This document shows, piece by piece, positions 57,475-64,000 of a stretch of DNA of 64,000 nucleotides. Within the stretch, counting starts at the first letter, position 1, and every line of letters starts with the position of its first letter. The notes under the pieces are model-generated. The model searched no databases, was not told where the DNA came from, and saw only the letters and a list, made by a program, of their open reading frames with translations. A program made the position numbers and the translations under genes. Source of the stretch: Candidatus Multivoradales bacterium (GTDB lineage: Bacteria > Acidobacteriota > Thermoanaerobaculia > Multivoradales > Multivoraceae); NCBI GenBank assembly GCA_965223325.1, contig CBDCWI010000002.1, positions 1,856,001-1,920,000 on the forward strand, read 5' to 3'.

Positions 57475-58037
57475 GAAAGAAAGGCAGGCGAAGGATGAGT
57501 TTCCTGTTGCTTGGCGCCTTGGCGCTTGCGGCACTGGTTGCCGTAATCGTCGCGGTCGGTTTCCTGCTCCCTGAGCGCTACGAGGGAGCGGCGAGCTATA
57601 CCTACGACGCTCCGCCCGAAGATGTCTGGACGGCACTCATGGACTACGAGCGCCATCCCATGACCGGTCACATGGCACGTGGCTTCGAAGCATTACCAGA
57701 AGCCAATGGCCAACTGACCTGGATCGAAGAAATGCAGGGCGAACGCATCACCGTCACCACCATTGAAGCCCAGCCGCCGGAGCGGCTGGTGCGAGAGATG
57801 ACCTCGGCCGCGGTCCCAATGAGCAGCCGTTGGGACTACACCCTCGAGCCGGCTGGATCGGGCTCTTGTCTCACCATCGAAGGTGTCACGCACATCCGCC
57901 GTGGGACCTTCCACGTGCCGCTCTTCCGCGTCATGATGGTGATCGGCGGTGGCGTCAAGAAGGGCCTCGACACTCAGCTCGAAATGCTCGCTGAGACCCT
58001 CAAAGCCAGCCAACCCGGCTCCGAGGGCGCTTTCTAA
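57471..58037 (+). CDS. SRPBCC (START-like) family protein with N-terminal TM helix
   Basis: 'APPEDVW..L.D', 'PPERL', 'W.Y.LEP'. Confidence 0.8.
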   Translation: MRKKGRRRMSFLLLGALALAALVAVIVAVGFLLPERYEGAASYTYDAPPEDVWTALMDYERHPMTGHMARGFEALPEANGQLTWIEEMQGERITVTTIEAQPPERLVREMTSAAVPMSSRWDYTLEPAGSGSCLTIEGVTHIRRGTFHVPLFRVMMVIGGGVKKGLDTQLEMLAETLKASQPGSEGAF

Positions 58038-58080
58038 CGAGGAGGCCGCGGCTGTCGTGGCCTGCCTGGTTCCAGTGTCC

Positions 58081-59385
58081 TCAACCGTTGGCAGCCGTCC
58101 AGTGGTCGGTGTTGCCGCTCTCGAAGTCGTCGAGAAACAACAGCGCGTAGCCGCCACCGCCGGCGGTCGTAGCGCAGGGCGTACCGGCCTCGACGGCACC
58201 GAGATCGGGGTTGCCATCAGAACGGGCCTGTCCGCAGAAATCGTCATCGACACCGAGGCCTGTTTCTCCCTGGTCAATCCAAGGCGCGCCATCCAGCCAA
58301 CTGAAATCACCCGACGCCGGGTTCACGAACCAGGCCTCCCACTCGCTTGTCTCCACGTCGGTGACGTTCGAACTGGCGGTGTGCGTTCCGCCGTCGCGAT
58401 TGCGGATCGTGCCCGACATGATGTTGTTACGCAGGTCCGCGGTCGACGCTTGGAAGCGCACATCGATTCCCGTGTCGAGGTAGAGCGTGTTGTGATGCAC
58501 CTGGGTATTCAACGCCTCGTTGAGATAGATCCCGACGTCGTCTGGGCAGTTGATGATCAGGTTGTTGCGCATCACGCCGTTTTGGTGTTCTGGAGTGCAG
58601 GTTCCGCCCTCGCATACCGAGTCGGGCGCAGTGCCACCGCCACCAAACGAAAGCCCCAGGCGAATCCCCTCGGTGTGCTGGTCTTCACAGATCACCAGGT
58701 TGCGCTCGAACAGGCCGTCGCGTGAGTTGCCCTTGAGGAAAGCCGCGTAACTGATGCCGTTGCCCTCGCCTTTGGCGAAGTCACGGAGCCGGTTCGCACG
58801 CACGATCCATCGCCGCCCACCCACCACGTCAACAAAAGTGACTGGGTTAGAAGTCGCTCGTACCGCGTCGTTCCAGAAGTCGTTGAACTCGACCACCACG
58901 TCGTCGGGAAACCGCCGCACATCATCCACCAGAAAGCCATTGCTTTTGATCATCGCGTTGTATTCGTGCAGTCGATTGTTGCGAATCAACGTGTTGTCGG
59001 CGTTTCCAAAGAGATGGAAGGCATGCTCACAGGCGGAGTCTGTTGCGCACACCCCTTCGATATCGAGGTTCTCAAACGTCCAATGAGGCTGGCTCACCTT
59101 GAAGCCCTCGGTCGCATCGAAGCGCAGGAAAACGCTCCCGAGGTGTCGGGCGCGAACCACGATCGGAGCGCTTTCGGTTCCGGCCGTATCGCACAGCAGG
59201 TTGGCGGTCAACGCATAGGTCCCCGGCGCCAGCTCGATCACATCGCCAGCCACCGCCAGATCGATGGCATCGCGAAGTTCAACCGCACTCGAGACCGTCA
59301 CGACGCGCTCGGCGAGCGCCGGAACCAAACTCGACAGGGCAAAAAGTGCTGCTGCGAGAACCGTTCTCGTGTTGCGGGAGAGCAT
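58081..59385 (-). CDS. Secreted right-handed beta-helix (chondroitinase-B/pectin-lyase-like) protein with DDFESG tail
   Basis: Signal peptide; 'AGDVIELAPGTY', 'GT..APIV'; RNN repeats; 'PDLGAVE'; 'LLFLDDFESGNTDHW'. Confidence 0.82.
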   Translation of the reverse strand: MLSRNTRTVLAAALFALSSLVPALAERVVTVSSAVELRDAIDLAVAGDVIELAPGTYALTANLLCDTAGTESAPIVVRARHLGSVFLRFDATEGFKVSQPHWTFENLDIEGVCATDSACEHAFHLFGNADNTLIRNNRLHEYNAMIKSNGFLVDDVRRFPDDVVVEFNDFWNDAVRATSNPVTFVDVVGGRRWIVRANRLRDFAKGEGNGISYAAFLKGNSRDGLFERNLVICEDQHTEGIRLGLSFGGGGTAPDSVCEGGTCTPEHQNGVMRNNLIINCPDDVGIYLNEALNTQVHHNTLYLDTGIDVRFQASTADLRNNIMSGTIRNRDGGTHTASSNVTDVETSEWEAWFVNPASGDFSWLDGAPWIDQGETGLGVDDDFCGQARSDGNPDLGAVEAGTPCATTAGGGGYALLFLDDFESGNTDHWTAANG

Positions 59386-59528
59386 CAGCCACTCTAGTCA
59401 GCCTGGCCTGGACGCGGATGCGCTGACCGACGTTCCCACCATCTGTTCGGTCTACAAGTGATTGGAGTTTCGAACGCCTATACTGAACCCTTGTCTTCGC
59501 CACGAGCTGATGCCATCAGGGACCTGAG

Positions 59529-61694
59529 ATGCCAGGAGCCGACAGCACCACCAACGACGCTTCGTCGCTCGACCTTCTGGCGACCACTCCCCCTTTTCAG
59601 GCCGGCACCTGGCGGGTCGAACCTGCGCGCCTGCTCCTTCGGCAAGCGGGTTCTGAACACCGCCTCGAGCCGCGAGTGATGGCACTCCTGGTCGTGCTCG
59701 CGCGTTCTGCCGGCGAAGTGGTGACTCGAAAAGACCTGCTCGACCTTGTCTGGGCCGACGCGGTAGTCGGCGGCGACGCACTGACCGGGGCAGTATCGAA
59801 ACTTCGCCGCGCCCTCGACCCACCGATCAAAGAAGCAGCCGAGGAAGCGGCCGGCGTGTCGGCCATCGATACGATCCCCAAGCTCGGCTATCGCCTGCAA
59901 CTACCCGTCACCTGGCAGGCAGGGGCCGAACCCAGTGTGAACACGCCTGTACCGGAGCACTCACCGGGTGGGCAGCCAAGGCGGCGGTGGCACACCGCGA
60001 CGATCCTGGCAGCGGCAGTCCTCGCAGGCCTGGTCGGCCTGGGCGCCTGGTACTTCGGATCGCGACCCGCAACCGGCGCGCCCTCGAGGTTGGCGCCCCC
60101 CGAGATTCGCCCGGTGACCAGCTTTCCCGGAATCGAAGTTCAGCCCGCCGTGGCACCTGGTGGTGCCGACCGCATCGCATTCGCATGGCAAGGAGCCGGA
60201 CAGGACAATTGGGACGTCTACGTGATCGTGCGCGGAACCTCCACACCGATGCGCCTTACCGACGACCCGGGAATCGATCGCGAGCCGGCCTGGTCACCTG
60301 ACGGTCGTCACCTGGCCTACCTGCACTTTGATGACGAAGGCCTGTGCTCGATCTACCGCGTCTCAGCACTTGGTGGCCCGCCGCGACGAGTCGCCGCGTG
60401 TGGTGGACGGGCCGAATCCTTGAGCTGGGCACCTGATGGCAAACGACTGCTCTACGCTCTGCGCCCGGGCGCCGGGGAACCGTTTCGGATCGTTTCGCTT
60501 TCACTTTCCGAGGGCACCCGCCTCGAGCTCACGTCTCCCCCACCCGGGTCGCTCGGCGACCTGCGAGCGCGCTACTCGCCGGACGGCAAGACGCTCGCCT
60601 TCATTCGCAGCCCCATCCACGGGGTCGAAGACATCTTCCTCCACCCTCCGGGTCAACCGGAGCCAGAGCGCCTGACCGCCGACAACCTCAAGATCCATGG
60701 CATGGACTGGGCACGCGACGGGCGCACCCTGGTGTTTTCATCAAATCGCGCTGGCCTTTTCAGCCTTTGGCGGATTGCGCGCTCCGGCGGCGAACCCACC
60801 TGGATGGGCATAACCGGTGGTGACGTCGACGCACCCTCGATCGGTGCCGCGGGCTTTATCGCCTACGAGCAATGGCGAGACGAAACCAACATCTATCGTC
60901 TCGATCCTCGAACCGGCGACAAGGCCGAGGTCGTGCGCTCGACGCATTGGGACTTTGATCCTGCGGTCTCACCTGGCAGCCAGCGCCTCGCCTTTGTCTC
61001 CGACCGTTCCGGCAGTTCCGAGATCTGGGTCTCCGACGCCGGCCGACTTCGCAAGATGACGGACTTCGGTGGGCCTTACGTCACGGCGCCCAGTTGGGAT
61101 CCGACCGGCCGCCGCATCGCCTTCGAGGCAAGGGTCAAGGGCAATGGTGACGTTTATCTCCTCGAGGGCAACGAACTCGAGCCGCGACGAGTGACCGTCG
61201 CGGCGGCGCGAGACGCTGTCCCGAGCTGGTCTCGCAATGGTGAGCGGCTCTACTTTGCCTCGCGTCGCAGTGGATCCTGGCAGATCCACACGATCTCACC
61301 CGATGGAGGCGATCCGAGGCAGCTCACCACCGCCGGCGGCTTTCTCGCCCAGGAGACGGGCGATGGCCAATGGGTGCTGTTTTCGAAGCACGACCAGCCC
61401 GGGCTCTTTCGCATGCCGGTGGGCGGCGGCGCCGAACGCCAGGTGATTGCCGATCTCAATCCCGTCGATCGCGGCCAATGGGTGGCCACCCACGAGGCGA
61501 TCTATGTCGTCCGCCATTCCCCGGACGGCCCCACGGTGCTGGTCGGCTACGACCTCGACGGCTCGAATCGCCGCGACGTCGGCTCGCTCGATCGGGTTGC
61601 GTTCAACAGTCGTTTAGCGGCAGGAGAAGACGGGCAGATTCTCTTCTCGCGAGTCGATCGCTGGGAAAGCGACATCCACCTGGCCAGTCTCTGA
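59529..61694 (+). CDS. CadC/ToxR-like membrane regulator: winged HTH, TM helix and PD40/TolB propellers
   Basis: 'LEPRVMALL..L....GEVVTR..L...VW', 'IDTIPKLGYRL'; TM; WSPDG repeats. Confidence 0.9.
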   Translation: MPGADSTTNDASSLDLLATTPPFQAGTWRVEPARLLLRQAGSEHRLEPRVMALLVVLARSAGEVVTRKDLLDLVWADAVVGGDALTGAVSKLRRALDPPIKEAAEEAAGVSAIDTIPKLGYRLQLPVTWQAGAEPSVNTPVPEHSPGGQPRRRWHTATILAAAVLAGLVGLGAWYFGSRPATGAPSRLAPPEIRPVTSFPGIEVQPAVAPGGADRIAFAWQGAGQDNWDVYVIVRGTSTPMRLTDDPGIDREPAWSPDGRHLAYLHFDDEGLCSIYRVSALGGPPRRVAACGGRAESLSWAPDGKRLLYALRPGAGEPFRIVSLSLSEGTRLELTSPPPGSLGDLRARYSPDGKTLAFIRSPIHGVEDIFLHPPGQPEPERLTADNLKIHGMDWARDGRTLVFSSNRAGLFSLWRIARSGGEPTWMGITGGDVDAPSIGAAGFIAYEQWRDETNIYRLDPRTGDKAEVVRSTHWDFDPAVSPGSQRLAFVSDRSGSSEIWVSDAGRLRKMTDFGGPYVTAPSWDPTGRRIAFEARVKGNGDVYLLEGNELEPRRVTVAAARDAVPSWSRNGERLYFASRRSGSWQIHTISPDGGDPRQLTTAGGFLAQETGDGQWVLFSKHDQPGLFRMPVGGGAERQVIADLNPVDRGQWVATHEAIYVVRHSPDGPTVLVGYDLDGSNRRDVGSLDRVAFNSRLAAGEDGQILFSRVDRWESDIHLASL

Positions 61695-61842
61695 AGCGTC
61701 AGCGTTCCGAGAGGGATTGATCATCCCTCCGTCAGGACAGAACGCGCCCTCGCGAGGCAAAGTAGCGCCTAGCGATCCTCTAGGAGCCTATTCACACCGC
61801 CCTGTCGCGCCCACGACTCCTTCGCTCGGGAGAACCCCATCA

Positions 61843-63150
61843 ATGACGAAACTACCCCTTCACCTCTGCCTGGTCTCCGCCGCTGGTCTGGCGGGCTGCC
61901 TGGGCGAGGCCGCCAGCGAAACCCTCTCCCCACCGCAAGGATCAGCAGCCAGCCAAGAGGACGTGCCGTCGGTCTGGGCGCAGTGGGGTGGCCCAGGCCG
62001 TGACTTCTCACTGCCCGCCGCCCCCGTTCTCGAGTGGGGCCAGGAGGGGCCAGAGGAACTCTGGCGGCAACCCCTGGGCTACGGCGAATCGGCCGTCTTG
62101 ACCGACGGCCAGAACGTCTTCGCCACCTACCGCGACGGTGACGACGAAGTGATTCGGTCGATGACCAGGAACACCGGTGAAACCGTCTGGGAGCTGCGCG
62201 TCCCGACTCCGCTCTGGGATGGCTTCTTCCAGGACGAAGGTGCTGGCCCCTACGCCACACCCACCATCGCCGGCAATCGGCTCCTGACCGTCACGGTGAC
62301 CGGCACGCTTCTGTGCCTCGACACCCAGAGTGGCGAGCTACAGTGGAGTGTGCACGTGTGGTCGGAGTGGCAACGCGATCCGTCGAAGTCTGGCCCTGCC
62401 GAAGTCGGCTACTCACCGAGTCCACTGGTTCTAGACGACCGGGTCTTCGTCGTCGGCGGCGGCAAGGGCCGGGCGGTCCAAGCTTATGATCTTGCCACCG
62501 GCGCTCTTCTGGCCTCGTACGGCGACTTCGATCCCGGCTACGCCTCCCCACGCCTGATCGAGATCGGCGGGCGCCACCTGTTGGTCGTCCTGGCCGCCGA
62601 GACGGTGTTCGGGTTCGACCCGGAAACTGGATCGCAGCTTTTTGAGCATCCGCACCCGACGGACTACCGCGTCAACGCGATGACGCCGGTCTGGAACGGC
62701 GAGACTCTCATTCTGTCCTCCGCCTACGACACCGGCAGCCGGGGTCTCTTGATTCAATCGGCCGGCGAGGGTGTCGACGCTGCCGAACGGTGGAACAACA
62801 AACGCGCCCAGGTGCACCACTCGAGCGCGGTGATTTCCAACGGCCTCTTCGTCGGTTCGAGTGGCGACTTCGGCCCGGCTTTCCTGTTTGGGATCGATCC
62901 CAACTCGGGCGAGATGTTGTTTCGGGAAAGAGGTTTTGCCAAGGCGAATCTGGTTGCGGTTGGTGAGCGTATCGTTTTGTTGGATGAAGACGGCCAACTG
63001 GCGCTGATCGAAGTCTCAGCCGATGGCGTTGGGATTCTCGGTCAAAAAGAGATCTTCGAAACTCGCAGCTGGGCCGCGCCTTCGATCGTCGGGCGGACAA
63101 TCTACGCGCGTGACCGTCAAGAGGTCGTCGCCATGCAGTTCGGCAGCTAG
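61843..63150 (+). CDS. PQQ-like beta-propeller lipoprotein
   Basis: Lipobox LAGC; 'WAQWGGPGRD', 'GP.ATP', 'GYSPSP', 'GYASP'; ATG 61843 after GGGAG. Confidence 0.85.
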   Translation: MTKLPLHLCLVSAAGLAGCLGEAASETLSPPQGSAASQEDVPSVWAQWGGPGRDFSLPAAPVLEWGQEGPEELWRQPLGYGESAVLTDGQNVFATYRDGDDEVIRSMTRNTGETVWELRVPTPLWDGFFQDEGAGPYATPTIAGNRLLTVTVTGTLLCLDTQSGELQWSVHVWSEWQRDPSKSGPAEVGYSPSPLVLDDRVFVVGGGKGRAVQAYDLATGALLASYGDFDPGYASPRLIEIGGRHLLVVLAAETVFGFDPETGSQLFEHPHPTDYRVNAMTPVWNGETLILSSAYDTGSRGLLIQSAGEGVDAAERWNNKRAQVHHSSAVISNGLFVGSSGDFGPAFLFGIDPNSGEMLFRERGFAKANLVAVGERIVLLDEDGQLALIEVSADGVGILGQKEIFETRSWAAPSIVGRTIYARDRQEVVAMQFGS

Positions 63151-63995
63151 CCGCCAGGTAGTGGACTGTTCGAGAACGCCTCGAGGGCTGCCAAGAAGCG
63201 CTCCACCATGATCTCGAGCAGCCGCTTCCCCTTCTCGGCGGTCGCCAGGCTGGGGTCACCGGTGTAGCCCTCGGGCAGATAGTCGGGATCTCGAGGGTCG
63301 CGCGAGATGAGTCCGGGGCGGTATCCGGGACCCGTCGGTCCACGCTCTCTTTGAGGCGCCGCTCCTGGCAACGGCTCACTGACCAGATCGGGTTGCAGGA
63401 ACAGGTGAATCGATGTCTCCCCTTCATCGGCGTGGCCACCGTTCACCTGCTCGAGCAACGCGTCTGAACGCTCATCTTCGAGGTCGTCCCACGACAGAAC
63501 CAGGACCGGCACGCCGAGCTGCGAACGCAACTCGCGACCGGCGATCGCCATGGGTAGACCCGTCGCCCGCGCGATTCCGGTGTTGAGCAGCACGACTCGC
63601 TGGGCACCGCTCTCGACGAGCGATCGTGCGACATCGAAGACCAGCTGCTCGAAAACGGCCGCCTCTTCGATCTCGGTTCCGGGGAAGTCCCTGAAAGCCG
63701 GAAACCATCCGTGCGCGATGGTCGGCGCAACGACGATCTCTAGCTTCTCGATTGCCTTCTGGCAGAGGTATTCGGCCACCACCAGATCGGCGTTCATCGG
63801 CAGATGAGGCCCATGCTCTTTGGCGCCGGCCCCAAACGGCACCACCACCAGCGGCGCCTTTGCGATGCGCTCCTCGGCCTGCGGCACGTTGAGTTCACCG
63901 AGCCAGGCGCCCGGGCTGCCGGTCGCCGGCTGCCCGACCAGCGAGACCGGTACCCCGGCAAAGAGACAGACCACCAGAACGAAGAGCGGTCGCAC
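63147..63995 (-). CDS. Creatininase family amidohydrolase, exported
   Basis: EHGPHLP..D, FPGT, GHADEGETS, GDP..AT.EKG. Start lies near the window edge. Confidence 0.88.
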   Translation of the reverse strand: MRPLFVLVVCLFAGVPVSLVGQPATGSPGAWLGELNVPQAEERIAKAPLVVVPFGAGAKEHGPHLPMNADLVVAEYLCQKAIEKLEIVVAPTIAHGWFPAFRDFPGTEIEEAAVFEQLVFDVARSLVESGAQRVVLLNTGIARATGLPMAIAGRELRSQLGVPVLVLSWDDLEDERSDALLEQVNGGHADEGETSIHLFLQPDLVSEPLPGAAPQRERGPTGPGYRPGLISRDPRDPDYLPEGYTGDPSLATAEKGKRLLEIMVERFLAALEAFSNSPLPGG

Positions 63996-64000
63996 TCGTC

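Noticed and set aside
61692-61772. Hairpin after the TGA of the CadC-like gene as a second SECIS
   Set aside because: The protein is complete at that stop, read-through hits TAG after about 25 codons, and the loop does not resemble the GGUC type.
1-64000. CRISPR array, tRNA, rRNA, prophage or defence system
   Set aside because: By eye I saw no regularly spaced repeats, cloverleaf or rRNA signatures, or phage and defence motifs. Small ncRNAs cannot be excluded without a covariance-model search.

Overview
GC-rich bacterial window. Gene content suggests Acidobacteriota, probably Thermoanaerobaculia-like (inference): an ADOP-type permease, Ser/Thr kinase-PD40 fusions, an Oar-like TonB-dependent receptor and C-terminal DDFESG tails. 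The left half is a signalling and accessory region: a TPR protein, a secreted PQQ-like propeller, three membrane Ser/Thr kinases around a TBDR, and an ECF sigma/FecR pair facing a large non-TBDR outer-membrane protein. It continues with a sulfatase-like gene, an ISL3-disrupted hydrolase/OsmC gene, a beta-helix/FN3 protein, a MITE-like element and PP2C. The right half holds exported hydrolases, a GT4-asnB-GT4 cluster, a cytochrome c-PQQ dehydrogenase, a tetraheme cytochrome and regulators. Strongest signals: (1) a candidate selenoprotein at 686-1786, with a signal peptide, an in-frame UGA (830-832) inside a propeller repeat and a SECIS-like GGUC hairpin; (2) a putative cell-surface signalling system whose STN-like domain sits on an RseB/LolA-like plus beta-barrel protein rather than a TBDR, tied to the ECF gene by two matching divergent promoters (CCGAAGGATTT-N13-CGTC(G/T)AAC); (3) about 80%-identical, collinear relics of the 18.8-25.1 kb segment at 26.9-30.8 kb. 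I saw no rRNA, tRNA or CRISPR array. All family calls come from motif recognition by eye, not from database searches.
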